The notes under the pieces: generated by a model
The model's database searches: none
What the model was told of the DNA's origin: nothing
The model's input: only the letters and a program-made list of their open reading frames with translations
Program-made: the position numbers and the translations under genes
Shown here: positions 29,232 to 43,379 of the stretch, one piece after another
Numbering within the stretch: the first letter of the stretch is position 1
How the letters are laid out: the number at the start of each line of letters is the position of its first letter
Assembly (NCBI GenBank): GCA_038087875.1
Contig: CM075988.1
Coordinates: forward strand, 26,910,001 to 26,974,000
Length of the DNA: 64,000 nucleotides
From: Malacoraja senta
Lineage: Eukaryota
Direction: 5' to 3'

Positions 29232-31283
29232 CTCCGGGGATATGGATGTCTCCGTCCAGCTGAATAGTGATCGCCAATCTCCAGCTGCCTTTGAGAAGAC
29301 ACCGGTGAGTTTTTTTGCCTTGAACTCATGACTAAGTACTAAATAGTACTAAATAGTACTCTGGGAGCACCCTGATTCATGACTAAAGAATACTCTGAGA
29401 GCACCACACATTTAGACTGCATCTACTCGGTGATTGTATTCGAACATTACTGCTGGGTAACATATTCCTTGATGTTGACCCAGTGATATAATTGTCAAAG
29501 TGGAAGACATCAAATATAATAAGCGCAGCACTTCATGGCTAAAATGACACTTTAAACTAAAAGGTCATTTTAACGATACAACAGGGAAACAGGCCCTTCA
29601 ACGCACCAAGTCCACACCGATGCCAGGCTGGCCATCCGCGAGTCATGGCACCAGGCGGAAGAGGGCTCTGCCCGAGCCGGCTGCCTGCACCTTTTCCGGG
29701 GTTATTTCCGCGCCGGGGTGGTAATAGAAAGATCCTCACTGACCATCAGTCACCCGTTCACAGTGTGTGATCCCACTTTCTCATCCAGTCCACACACTTT
29801 AGGAACAATTTTACGGAGGCCAATTAACCCGTACACCCGCGAGTCCTTGGCATATGAGAGGAGACTGGGGCACCCGAAGGAAACCCATGCGGTCACAGGG
29901 AGAACGTGTAAACTCCACACAGACAGCAGCTCGGGTAAGGATTGAACCCGGGTCACTGGCGCTGTGAGGCTGCATCACTGTGCTGCCCTTGTTGGCTGTG
30001 ATAATATTTTTGCCTGACCGCTCCTGCTGAAATAACGTGGGATTTGACTAACTTTAAGCCGCTTTAAGAGTACATGTTGTTGATTATTATGCCCTGATTA
30101 TTTTTCCCATTTATGGAGGCATATTGAAGGAAAACTATCAAAGTTGCTTTGTTGCTGGGCTTGTCCTTGATTTGACCTTGCCACCTCAGCCTATATTGGA
30201 TGTAATGGTGTGAGTATTCACACCTCACCACTCTGAGAGCATAATCTTGGTTGGCATGGGTAAGTTGGGCCGAAGGGCCTGTTTCCGTGGTGTGTGACTA
30301 TGATTATACAGAGCCAGTAGAGTCCTTTGATTCTCTGAGATGTTCTCTGCTTTAATTACATTTCTGGAGGTCCACATTTCTTTTTTTCAACCATGCAATA
30401 AAGAGGGTTGTTTGTTTCAGTCTGGAATGTACTGTCTGCAACAGTTATGGAAACTGCTTTTATAGCAACTTTCAAAAGAGAATTGAATAAATATTTGAAG
30501 ATGGAAATGTTAAAGATTTGTGGAGCTATTGGAAAGGGTGGAGAATAATTGACTCCTTCAATGAGCCAGTATAGGCACCAGGGGTCGAATGGTCTCCTCT
30601 ATGCCCATACTTCAATGATTCAATGCCTGGGACACAGCAACTTGGCAAATGCAGCAAAGTCTGCTGCCTGACAACTTTCTTTAATAATGCATGAAATAAC
30701 TGACTAATCATGATCTCAATGTAGTAACGATGGGATGGTCATATCGTCAGTTATTTCAGAGTGACCCTGAGCACTGAAACATGTTGATGTCCTCACCACT
30801 CACTTGGCCTGACCCATGTCGTCAGCGTTTATATGATGTACTTGGCTGTTTCTCTACTCACATGTCTCGGCTGCTTTTCACAAGCCCTGCAGGTGAACCA
30901 CAGCCTACAAAGATCTCCACCTGACATTTACTTTATCTCCTACTGCTTGCACGATTAATTCACTGCTTGGTGGTTAAAATTAGTTTTGGCTGCTGTCGAG
31001 ACATGACATTAAAGTCTACACTCTGCACGTGCTACACTCATTGCATTTAGAATCATCGCATTGGCCATATGTTATGTTAAGGCAGCATGCTGTATACGAG
31101 GATTAAAAGCAAAACGTGTTACTTTTATATATTACATTGTTCCTTTGCAACTTGCTCTGCAACCACGAAACTACCTTAGAGATGTGGTCACATTTTGTAC
31201 TGCTTGATACGTGGGAGTCAATATATTTCACAGCGAGGTCCAGCATCAATGTCAACATTTCCTTACACATATTGAGGGAGAAA

Positions 31284-31376
31284 GGTACACAAAAATGCTG
31301 GAGAAACTCAGCGGGTGCAGCAGCATCTATGGAGCGAAGGAAATAGGTAAAGTTTCGGGCCGAAACCCTTCTTCAG
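31284..31376 (-). mobile_element. Solo Penelope pLTR insertion with 9-bp TSD
   Basis: TSD agggagaaa at 31275-31283 and 31375-31383; same sequence family as 13648. Confidence 0.85.
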
Positions 31377-31439
31377 GGAGAAATACTGATTTACACTTCA
31401 TGGGGAACTCGTTTATATCCATGTTGATGAAACAGATGG

Positions 31440-31800
31440 AGCGGTTTTTTACTGTCTGACGTGGAAGGCTGGACTGCCAACATCAAGAAGCTTTGCGGGG
31501 AGAGTCTGTGTACCACGTGTATATGGAGTGTGTGAGGCTGCAGCCCCTGTTCCAATATCTAAAGGGGCTGCTCCTTGCCTTCTGGCTGCATTTTTCACCC
31601 ACCATCCTCATCTTTGGACACCCTGTGCGTAGGGGAGAGGGTAGGGCTGAAGATGTCCTGGTTGGGTTGCTCCTGGGCCTGGCCAAGCTGGCCATCTGCG
31701 AGTCACGGCGCCAGGCGGAAGAGGGCTCTGCATGGGCCGGCTGCCTGCCCCTTTTCTGGGTGGTTTTGGAAAGGGACTACGCGCTGTCCACAGGCGCCTT
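31440..31800 (+). mobile_element. L1/Tx1-clade LINE ORF2 C-terminal fragment (short related piece at 29620-29725)
   Basis: ESVYHVYMECVRLQPLF..L...GLLLGLAKLAI resembles the H-x3-C knuckle and AK.AI region of Tx1/L1 ORF2. Confidence 0.65.
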
Positions 31801-34800
31801 GTACAAAACATAATACCCACAATGAAGATTGCAGCGTCCATATTGTTTTACAGAACAAGTGGTCAGACCTGGTTGACAATGGGTGAGGGGTAAAGATCGT
31901 GCCCATTCTACAGGGTACACATGAAATGGGAGAGATTATCATCAACAAAGTTTCCCTATGGCCCTGTGAAGGTGATGTGGGTTGGTGCTTGGAACCTCCA
32001 TAGATGTTCCATTCCGATCACCCCTCCAATCTGAGGAGAGGTCTCGACCTAAAACATCACCGATTCCTTCTCTCCTGAGATGTTGTCTGTCCCGCTGAGT
32101 TATTCTCGCACTTTGTGTCTATCTAGATGTTCCATTATTCATGCTGACAAGTTATTGGGCAGAGAGTTCCATAAGGATATAAGTCCAAACCACACAGAGG
32201 CCCGGGATCAGAACTGACCTCGGTTTCTGTCTGTGTGGAGTTTGCATGTGGGACTGACACTGTGGGATTCCTCGAGTGTTTTTGTTTCCTCCCACATCCC
32301 AAATGAGCAGGTTGGTAGATTAATTGTCGTAGGTTGTCCCCAGTGTTTAGGTAATAGGTGGAATCTATGTGGACTTGATGGGACTGTAGCGAGGTCACAT
32401 ACCACCCTCTGCGTGAAAAAGTTGCCCCTCAGATTAATAATAAATGTGGTGTGGTATGAACTCGATGGGCCGAAGGGCCTGTTTCAATGCAATACCACTC
32501 TAAATCAGGAGAGCATGCAATCTGAAGCTGCTGGTGTTCACATGATACGGTGTTAGAGGTGGCTGTTCAAATGAGTCTGGTCAATTCATACATTTCTTTC
32601 CATGGATCATTCAGCCATGGTGTAAAAGAAATTGAGTTGAATAACAATTGCTGTGGCTTGAAATGTATTGTGTTTCTTGAATGAGTTCATTTCAGGTTTG
32701 TTGAGAGTTTTCTGTCTGATCACACGCCTTGCCTCTTGAGCATGGTGGACAGATCTCAGGGGTCTCAAAGTGAAACATTCTTCACCGAATATCCATATAT
32801 TGTACGGCAGGTATGGCAGGGTCAGCTTCTCCTCTGGCCAAGATGTTGATGATGGGTCAGATATGCCGTGGTGGACGGACAGAAGAAACTTGTGAATTTC
32901 TAACACTGTTGATGGGGTTAAAAATCATGGGGTTTTCAAACGGGAAGTGAGGCATTTTCAACATTTGCAAGTTAGTGATTATTGTGCACACATTTTCAAT
33001 CGGCACAAAGAAAGAACATCTTGCATTTCTTTAGTATTGTCTGCAAACCACTTTAAACCCACTGACAGACTTGGGAACTGAAGCCACTGAAGACATTAGT
33101 AACACAGGGAGCTGCTACAGAGGTGTCAGCAACAGTTTCAGTGGCTGTGGCATAAATATTTGCAGCAAAGTGGCCTTCACAAGTGACTTTTATGACAGTG
33201 GTGTTTATTTGAGTATTGTGTTCATTTGCATTGACACAATCTAATGATGTTCTTCCCAGAAACCAAAGATTCTTTGGATATCGTCATTGTTCTGCTTTTC
33301 CAGCCTGTGTTTGGATATGAAGTTGGATATAATAGCCCCATGAGCCTATTCCATTCAAACTGATCAGGACAGACCTCCATCTGCCAATCTTATAATCTTT
33401 TCCACCCTTGCTTTGCAAAAGTTTTTTTCTAGGTTTAGAATTAAATGACAATAAATTGTGGATTTTCTTTAATTTTCTTTTTTGTAACTGCCAATTGAAA
33501 TGAAATAAAAAATTTGAAAAGGTGCAACTGGTATTTGCTAAAGAAAAATATGCAAGGATGTGCTGGATAAATCAAGATTTGTACAAGAGTATGCATTTGA
33601 AGATATTAACTGCCTACACATTTCATAAAACAGGGGGTGATATTTATGCTTAATTTCCCTGTTGTGCTTGGGTTCTGAGTGTGCTTTATCTCGAGCAGCA
33701 ACTTTGATTCTCTAGGGTTTGGACGTTTATTAATATTAATTAGACAAACCAAGTGCAATAAGAGTTTTTCCCGAAAATATGTCTTTTAATTAAATTCTAA
33801 TGCAAATGTAGATTTCTGTGTCATCTGAAGTAACCTGGAATATAATTAATTTCCACATTAAATAAAGATCTGGTTAAGTTCATTTTTTGCCTCTTCCTCT
33901 CTTCTTTCCCTGTACACACTCACATCCCTTTGCAAGGCAGGCATTAATTCCAGAAACATTGGGTTAGAGACAAGGGTTAGGATTTTCTTATTCTTTCCAC
34001 TTGCCTGCTGCGATATCTCCCATTGAAGATTGCTCTCCCTAATTATTGAAGGTTAATTGAAAAAAAAACAGGGCCATAAATAGGACATTGAACAATGGTG
34101 AGTATTTTATCATGAAAGATGGTGGAGTAGGGGAATTAAGAACTAGAGGGCCTAGGTTAAGGTGAGAGGGAAAGATTTAATAGGAACCTGCGGGGAACGA
34201 GCTGTCAGTGGAAGGTAGTTCTGCAAAGCATTGAGTCAAGAGTGGATCACAGTAACATAGCAGTTAAGTTAATGAGTAATATTCAGAAGCTTTGACAATT
34301 GATCTACAAACATGACTTTCATCACAGCTAATTGGGAGTTAAAATCAGTAATGATGAGTGCTAAACAGTGTCTTATTAAAAATCATCTGGGTTCATTAAT
34401 GGGAAGAAACTCTGCCAGTCTAGTCTGTAAGGAACGTGAACCATTAATTAATTGGCTCTTAACTACTCTCAGAAGTGCCTAGCAAGTTCCTCAGTCCAAG
34501 GAACATCCCAGGACAATGACTGCTGGTGCTGCCAGAGACATCCATGTTGTGGAAACAAGTTAAAGGGGGGAGGTAGGTAGCATTCCTACAGCAGAACTGT
34601 CCCCTTTCTTTCATCGACCATTTCATAATCTAACTGGTTAAATGATTTAAAAAAGTAGAAGGAATTAATTTCTGCAGACCAAAGAATGCAGAACAGGCAG
34701 GACATAGCCTTGATATGTAGTCATCCTTTCATGCGAGGCAACATTTCTTCAGGCACGTGCTGACATCTTCGGAGTTGGATTTGGAAATGTAATTAAACTA

Positions 34801-37342
34801 ATTGATTTTTATGATGTTTTGGGATTATAGTGTGACGTATGTGACTTGTGCCATTCTGGATGTGTATCCACTTTAAGAATTGTTCATGTGGCCAAGGGTT
34901 CTCCAGAGACATTGTTTCGGGTTGATTGGGCTATAACTGTCATGCAGTTAGTGCACAGGAGAGTAAATTCTCTTGCCCCTGAGGTCTCTATACTCAGTTG
35001 TTTTGTCTAATAAAGCACATTGTTAGTTAATGATTCATTCTTTAGTGCTGTGGAGAGTAACAGTGATGTATGGTGCCAGAAGTGCTGTTGATAAAGCTGT
35101 GATGTTGCATTGCCTGGGTCTGAACACAGAATGGCAGGCAACATATCTCTCCCTCAGGAGATCAATGGATGTGTGTGGGAGATCTTGCAGATACTGCACC
35201 ATGGAACAGATATATTTGTTCAAACTCCTAAGTTGATGCATTTCTTGACAACCAACTCCGGTTAAAGAATGGAGAAATCATGGGGAGACGACTTTACATT
35301 TGGGCGGAACAGCCAGTTGCGCCAGAGACCCGGGTTCGATCTTGACCTCGGGTGCTGTCTGTGTGGAGTTTGCATGTTCTCCCTGTGACCGCATGGGTTT
35401 TCTCTGGGTGCTCTAGTTTCCTCCCACATCCCATTGATGTGAAGGTTTGTTAGTTAATCGACTCTGTAAAGTGTCCCTAGTGTGTAGGGAGTGGATAGCA
35501 GAGAACTAGTGTGAATGGCTGATCGATGGTCAGCGTGGACTCAGTGGGCCAAAGAGCCTGTTTCCATGCAGTATCTCTAAACTAAAGCAAATGTTGAGCT
35601 GACTATGCCGGAACAGATGATAATAAATTATCTTATTGGCCAAAGCGACGTAGAATATTTTTGTTTTATGGGGCCCTCAGATGAAAGCTTGGAAGAGATA
35701 TTAGCTGCCTTACATGCTCGTGACAATCCAAATGGAAAAGAAGCGTCCATCTGTCACTGGTTCTTTACTTGCAATCAGGGAGAATCACACGCTGTTTTTG
35801 ACAGATAATTACAATTTTGTGTGTTTAGTGCTCGCTTAATGGTGAGTACGTGGAATGCAGGAGTCCAGCCTGAGTGAACAGCTGCTAGTTAGGACAGAGA
35901 TATCTCCAGGGATGTGTGTTCTGACATGCAAAGCTGTGGAGCTCTCCAAAGCCAAGGTAGAAATGTTGGATGTCCAAAAGCAGAGCATACATGTGGCAAA
36001 GACTTTAGAGATACAGCACGGAAACAGGCCTTTCAGCCCACCGAGTCCACGCCGACCAGCGATCCCCACACACTAACACTATCCTACACTCACTAGGGAC
36101 AATTTACAATTTTGCCAAGCCAATTATCCTAAAACCTGTTTGGCTTTGGAGTGTGGGAGGAAATCGGAGATACCGGAGAAAACCCACGCAGTCACGGGGA
36201 GAACGTACAAACTCGGTAAATATTAGGAGTAATTTGCATTTTGTTTCTGAACAACATCATGGAATGTTTTCACCTGAGTAAGAAGTCAGGGATCTCCGTG
36301 TAACGTGGCATCTGTAAGGTACATTCACCCATCTACACAGCAATGCAGCAACTCATCTTTACCAGCCTGAGGCTGATGATATTAGTCCATGTAGTGGGCT
36401 CCCACTTTAGCACTAACTATGCAGCGACAGTGCCAACCAAGGCCCATGGGGAAAGGAGAGATGTAATTTGTCGAGGATGTATGTTCTTCAGCCTGAGAAC
36501 TGAGGGATACGTGAGTTAAATCATCTTTGTTTGGAAATGTCAGTGGTGAATATTAAGAGTGGAAGCTCTTCTCCTGCAGTCAACAATATGGTGATCTTTG
36601 GTCAATTGATTCCTGAGGGTTTCTAGGAACAATATGAACAGATGATCTCAAAGGGCAATTTGTGAATTGTTCCCCCTCACTCTTTGAGAAGTCCATTTCC
36701 TCTCTCAGTAGCTGCATGTTATCAACTTCACAATGCAGTTTCCTGTGGAAGCCAATGTTATTATTTTTTAACTTTCATGCTCCTAGGTTAGTGATGAAGA
36801 TTAATTACTCACTAACTCTATATCTTCTGTTATTAAAGTGGATTAAAGATAACTAGTCCTCTTTATGCACAGATGAAAATACAAATATTATAGAAGTAAC
36901 AGGGAATATTCTGGAACAGTTCCTTGGAGATCAAGAACAGGCCTTTCTGTGAATGATTGTCAGTGTAATGTCCTTCACCAGGTGAGAATTTCTTAGCCAA
37001 AATTTCCAGAGAGCCATGACTCCAGATATTCACCTCATCACTCCCTAGTCTCAACTATTATTACTCCCATTTCAGGGTATATTTGAGGAGTTACACAAAG
37101 TGATATGAGGTAGAACATGTCAGAGGAACCCCTGTTCAGTTGTTGGAGTAAGTAAGGAGTCCAAAGGGAGGGACATTAGGGCTGCAATGCATTGCTGCAT
37201 TGTCTATGCATGGTGTTGCAATTATTCATTTTGCATTTAAGTGTGAATGTTGGTGTGTAAGTGTAAAATCCTCAACAGCAGGATTTGCTATTGTATGTTT
37301 GAAAATATGAGCTTGTTTTTTGATGCTCAGTCTATAAATGGA

Positions 37343-37539
37343 ATTGAATTGGCAGGTGATCAGAGCCTGCACCATAACATTCTGCAGGATACTTATTGAA
37401 TTGGCAGGTGATCAGAGCCTGCACCATAACATTGAATTGGCAGGTGATCAGAGCCTGCACCATAACATTCTGCAGGATACTTATTGAATTGGCAGGTGAT
37501 CAGAGCCTGCACCATAACATTCTGCAGGATACTTATTGA
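37343..37539. repeat. 52-bp tandem repeat (52+36+52+52)
   Basis: attgaattggcaggtgatcagagcctgcaccataac at 37343, 37395, 37431 and 37483. Confidence 0.95.
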
Positions 37540-40029
37540 TCAAATCCTTTTAATTATTTTGAACATGGCTGCTCAGATTGTAGTGAATTAGAATCATGAA
37601 TGGCAGGAACAGAACTGCAGAGATCAAACAAAACTCGTTAAGAGGATTGATTGTCCATGTGAATTGCCTTCAGGTTGTGTCGTACTTGCTGCAAATGTGT
37701 GGGAAAGAACTGCAGACGTTGGTTTAAATCAAAGAAAGACACAAAATGCTGGAGTAACTCAGCGGGACAGGCAGCATCTTTGGAGAGAAGGAATGGGTGA
37801 CGTTTCGGGTGGAGACATCACCAGCATTTTGTGTCTAACTTGATTGCAAATGTTGGTTACTTGTGGTTTCTGGCTGAGCTAGGTTACAATTCATTTTCAT
37901 AGGTGCCAGCAGTCCCATTTGATAAAAGTGTTTAAAATTACAAAGGGATAAGGGTGAGATGAAAGACTTGTCCATCTAGGTGGGAGCTAAACAGTGAGAA
38001 GATTAAAAGTAATTGATTTGTGGCCAATAACAGATGGAATCTTGTTCCTTGCTGATGTACAGTTGTGGGATTCTGGCATCAAATTGAAATGTTGGAAATG
38101 TTCTAAATGGATTAAATATATTTAAGATTTGTGATAAAAGGCCATTTGGAGCTCAAGGAACATCTGGAATTAACATCAGCATTGAATGTAACTTCCTCCA
38201 AATAGAGAAGAAAATCAAAAATTGCAAATAAAATGCCTGAGGATAGAAATTGGCAAAGCATTGTGAGCATTGTAAATCTCTTAGTTTACTCTGTTGCTGC
38301 TCACCAGTTTTATATTGTGTGTTTAATAAAATTGAACATAAACTGGTTGACCAATTTGGGCCTTTTCTTTGGAATGAAGACAAACAGTTTGAGCAGTTTA
38401 GCTGCAGGCAGCTGGGCTATAAGCTCAGCTCAGTTAGTTTGTGAAGAATATTGGTCAATTCTCTCTGCTCTCCCAAAGCCCAGGCTGAACGGTTCACTCT
38501 TTCAGCCGTGCCTGACTATAGATAATAGGTGCAGGAGTAGGCCATTCGGCCCTTCGATCTTGAGGATTGAAAATGGTTGCTTCCACTCCAGTTCTCTGTA
38601 GTCTCAGGTGATGAAAAGTCTTGTGAGGAGCCTACAGAATCTATAACAGGCTGGGCGGGGAATGTTTGATGCACGGGTGGTGGTGAATGAAAGCGTAGCA
38701 TATAGTGCATACCCTAACCCTCAGACTAACCCTCGGCCAACATTGACTCCTCGGTTAATAGTTCTGAAGCTGAATAGCTGCTCATGAGCTCATTTATGTT
38801 TGTGAGTTGATGTGCTGACTGGTCTACTTTTGCTCCAATGTCCTATGGTTTTATATCCAACAATGCAGCACTCCTTCAGTACTGCAACATGCTGTAGCCG
38901 AGGCATCATGCTCCGTTCGCTGAAGGGGTAATATTTGCACTCTGAGGTGAGAGTGCGACTAACCAAATCTTTGCCACCATCACCACCAGTCGGCACAGGA
39001 GAAACTGTTGCAACATGCTGTCTTGTTGCAAAGAGAGAGTTGAGGATAACATTGTGACATTTACAGATGAAAGAAACACAACAGCAGGGAGCCATTCGGT
39101 CCCTCGCACCTACTATCCCTTAAATAAAATTCCAGTCATTAATGTCCAGTCATTAATCTCAGCCATGCTTTCCTGCACCATCTTTGTTTTATCCCACCGA
39201 GTCCAACATCTGAAAGATGGTGTAATGGTTCTGTAATCAAGAAGGGAGCGCATTAAATCATGTCGCTGATAATTAACAAGATCTGTCATGCTCAGTACAT
39301 AAACATTCTCAATCTGAACCCAAATGCTCCAGTCTCACAGCCCTGGGATGCATGTAGCATCTTTGTCAAGTGAGACAAGTCCATGTTCTGGGAGTTTTGA
39401 TTCTGCAACCAACCCAGTTCACAGGATGTATTTGATCAATTCCATTTCGACTGTCGAATCTTCCAATTATTTGTCAGGGAAAATAAACAGCCTGAAAATT
39501 GATGCATGGGAATCAAACTTGGGCTGTCATTTGAATCTCACTGAAGGATCAAATCCAATTAACTGTAACCTGATGTTTGAATCTCTGTTCTCAGATACAA
39601 ACCATTCCCTTATTTGCTGCCCACACGGCAGGAGAAAGAGAGGATTAAATTACTCACCTTTCCCAGTGACAGTTTCACTTGAAATCCAAGGCCCAAGAAC
39701 TGGCAGCTGAGTGGTCAGTCAGTGTGTGTTTGCTCAGTCAGTCTCTACTGCAATCCAACTGGGAGACCCCAGCACTGTCACAAACATACCGGACAATCAG
39801 TAAACGGAGAACTGCAGCCACTAGATTTCTCTCAATCTCAGATGTTTTGGTTGACATAGAAGAACAACAAACTTCTCACCAGCCCCGTGACGAAGACTTC
39901 AACTAACACAAACACAAGGCAGGCCACCGGACTGTTCTGAATAGCATGAGCCTAGCGTAGATGAATAGCAAATGCACGGATCAATTAGGCAGAGTAATGC
40001 AAAATGTGTAGGAAGGAACTGCAGATGTG

Positions 40030-40425
40030 TTTAAAAAAAAATAGTGGCACCAAGGTATATTGGCATGTTACATTGTATGTACAGCTTCATATTTCTTTTT
40101 AAAATAATAAAAGAGAGAAAGAGAGAATAGATAATAAAAAATAGAAAAACGTGTGATGTACGGTGTGTGAAAAGGAAAAGGGGGGAAAGAGAGAAAGTGA
40201 AAAAAAAAGGAGAGAGAAAGAGAAAGTAGAAAGTAGGAGATTATAGGAGATAGTTATTTATATTCTTGACCATCCTTCACCCAGTCCTGAAACAGTTGGT
40301 TTCTACGATTTTGTTGCACCATATGCTTCCAAGAAGTCGATAAATGGAGACCAACTCGTTAAGAATTGGTCTGGTTTGTCTGCTAGGAGGAATCGCATTT
40401 CTTCAAGATGTGCGGTGTCCAACAT
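40030..40425 (-). mobile_element. L1-clade LINE 3' end; related copy at about 60990-61490(-)
   Basis: Minus strand reads MLDTAHLEEMRFLLADKPDQFLTSWSPFIDFL; the 61.4 kb copy reads PTIKMWIIEMTETLNVERIRFSL...TWSPFIDYL. Both are followed by T/C-rich 3' UTRs. Confidence 0.6.
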
Positions 40426-43379
40426 GCGGGTTTAAACTGAAGTTAGACACAAAATGCCGGACTAACTCAGCGGAATAGGCAGCATCGCTGGACAGAAGGA
40501 ATGGGTGGCATTTCAGGTCGAGACATCAGGAACTGCAGATACTGGTTTAAACCAAAGGTAGATACAAAATGCTGGAGGGACAGGACCAGATTACGGTTTA
40601 GGTTTCTTATTGTGATGTGTGTGGGCTTGGTGGGACTAATGATCTGTTTCCCTTTCCCTGCTCTATCTCACCATGACACCATGTGATACTCCATAACAGG
40701 TTTAGGTTGATTATTGTCACGTGCATTGTTGAATATGACCATAGGACATAGGAGCAAAAGTACGCCATTCAGCCCATCAAATCTACTCTGCCTTTCCCTC
40801 TCAACCCCATACTCCCGTCCACTCCCCATAAACGTTGATGACCTTACTAATCAAGAATCTATCAAGCTGGGATACTGCTCGAGACTACACTGCACCCTGT
40901 GCCACATCCACTCATAGAGACACAGGATCATGCTGCCTCCTCCTCATCGACAGATCAGTGACCATCTGTCTGGTTCACCTCAGTGGTTGGGATGTCTACA
41001 CTGGCTTCACGCCCTGCGTTCCCAGCATTGCTAGCAATAATCATGCCCTTGTGCGTTTCAGTCTTACTCCAGGGATAGAAGAGAAAAAATAATTATAATT
41101 AGAATTGTGAGCCATTGATTGCATGAATTTGAATCCTACTGTGCCTAATTACTCAAGTAAATAAATAAATATAGAAGTTAAAAGCAAAGCTATTGCCTGG
41201 GATGAGAACCACATGGCCACTAATTGTTGCATCAGTAATGTGCTCCACAGAACAGCATCAATGTGATGACCTGAGCTCACCAACAGTTAGACAAGACATG
41301 CGCGAGTACATTAGATCTTCTTCACACAGCGCCTCATGGCAACAACCACACCATTCAGTCCCCGGGTCTGTACTAACCCTCTCTGCTCACATCCTCCCAC
41401 CCAATGTCCTCTCCTTTCCCCCTGTCTATTTCTCTTTCCTTTCCTTTAACTTTCTTGAACAGTGTTTAAAACATTTTATTACTGAAAAGCAGTGCTGGTC
41501 ACCATTGATTTTAGTTCCATTATTCCAATTATCAGCATTTTTAAATATAGGATGAAACCACATAAATAAGTGAGCTATTAAACAGGTTATCCAAGATTTT
41601 AAAAAATGTACAGCAAATGAAATGGAATACTTTTTCTTACATTTAAATTTCTTGTATTTCTTATAACATATAGGTTCTCAGAGCCATCTGATTCGTTTAA
41701 TTCCCACACTTACCGCCCCGTAACCACTATCTCACTCCCCTCCACCAACGTGGAAACATTTCCAACAGCCAATTAACCTTTCAACAAGATAGACACAAAA
41801 CGCTGAAGTAACTCAGCGGGACAGGCAGCATATCTGGAGAGAAGGAATGGGTGATGTTTCGGGTCGAGACCCTTCTTTCTTTTCTAACCTTTCAACAAGA
41901 TTTACGAGGATGTTGCCAGGACTAGAGGGAGTGAGCTATAGGGAGTGGTTGAATAGGCTGAGTCTCTATTCCTTGGAGCTCAGTAAGATGAGGGGTGATC
42001 TTATAGAGGTGTATAAAATCATGAGAGGAATAGATTGGGTTGACGCACAGAGTCTCTTGCCCATGGTAGGGGAATTGAGGACCAGAGGACATAGGTTCAA
42101 GGTGAAGGGGAAAAGATTTAATAGGAATCTGAGGGGTAACTTTTTCACACAAAGGGTGGTGGGTGTATGGAACAAGCTGCCAGATGAAGTAGTGGAGGCT
42201 GGGACTATCCCATCGTTTAAGAAACAGTTAGACACATGGATTGGGCAGGTTTGGAGGGATATGGATCAAGCGCAGGCAGGTGGGACTAGTGTAGCTGGGA
42301 GATGTTGGCTGGTGTGGGCGTTGGGCCGAAGGGCCTGCTTCCACACTGTATCACTCTGACTCTAAGCTTGTCGTTGTGATGTAGGAGACACCAGAGAGAA
42401 CAGACACATTCCTCCTGGATAGCACCAGAGGTCAGGATCGAACACACAACCCTGAGGCGGTGGCATTACATGGGGTATAGTGTGGGCATTGAGACAACAA
42501 GATTAAGTACAAAGCTATTCAACCCATTACGGAAAGAACGATAATATGGGAAAGAGGTAAGGAATATGAGGTATGTTTAATTAACATCATAAATCCATAA
42601 TTGTGGTGCTGAATAAAAACTGCCTTAACTGGAGTGCAGTGAAAACATTGATTCTGGAGTTTGTTTTGACTAGCAGCATGCCCATCAGCTAGAACAACAC
42701 ACTTCTCAATCTAGTTTTCACATTCCTTCATGTCAGTGCTCTGCCCTCTCTATACTCCCCTGGTTGATATCTTTGTGTGGGATCCAATTCCAACACTAAT
42801 GAGAACATTTGGACCATATGGATGTTTTTGCTGCTGGCCTTAATCTGCTATGAATTTTCAGCTACTGCGCCTTGGATCATAAGGGAATCACTGACCCTGG
42901 CAGCATTGTCTCCACACTGGGTCTTACTACCCGAGTAAAATATTTAGCAGCACCATTGGAATGATCATTTTAAAATGCAGTCTTGTCAATCATTATTAAT
43001 TAACGTAATCTTAACTTTGTTTAAGTTCACTACTGGATACAAAGAGCAATGCAGGAATGCAGAATTGGGTAATCTCTTTATTGTGTCGGAACACACAGAG
43101 ATATGCCTACAGACATAAATAACTCCATTTTGCATTCAGTGAGAATATGTCCCCAACATAATTGCCGATTGGAATAATGTTCAAATGAGAGAATAAAGTT
43201 CCAGATTGGATCAAAGAAATATTGACTTTCAGAACCTCAGTGCCTTTAAAATAGTTTTCCAGTCAATAAAGTAATTTTTGAACTGTGATCATGTTGTAAG
43301 GTAGGAAACTCAGCAGCCAATGTGTACAGAGTAAACTTTCACAAACAGTAAAGAGATAATGATCAAATAATCTGTTTTA

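Noticed and set aside
27895..29331. Overlapping long ORFs (VDSGQW / HCPLST repeats)
   Set aside because: Open in most frames on both strands because of the heptamer satellite; no splice or domain support.
32607..32906. 99-aa ORF in apparently unique sequence, checked as a possible DRD2 or other exon
   Set aside because: No GPCR or other recognisable motif and no convincing splice pair.
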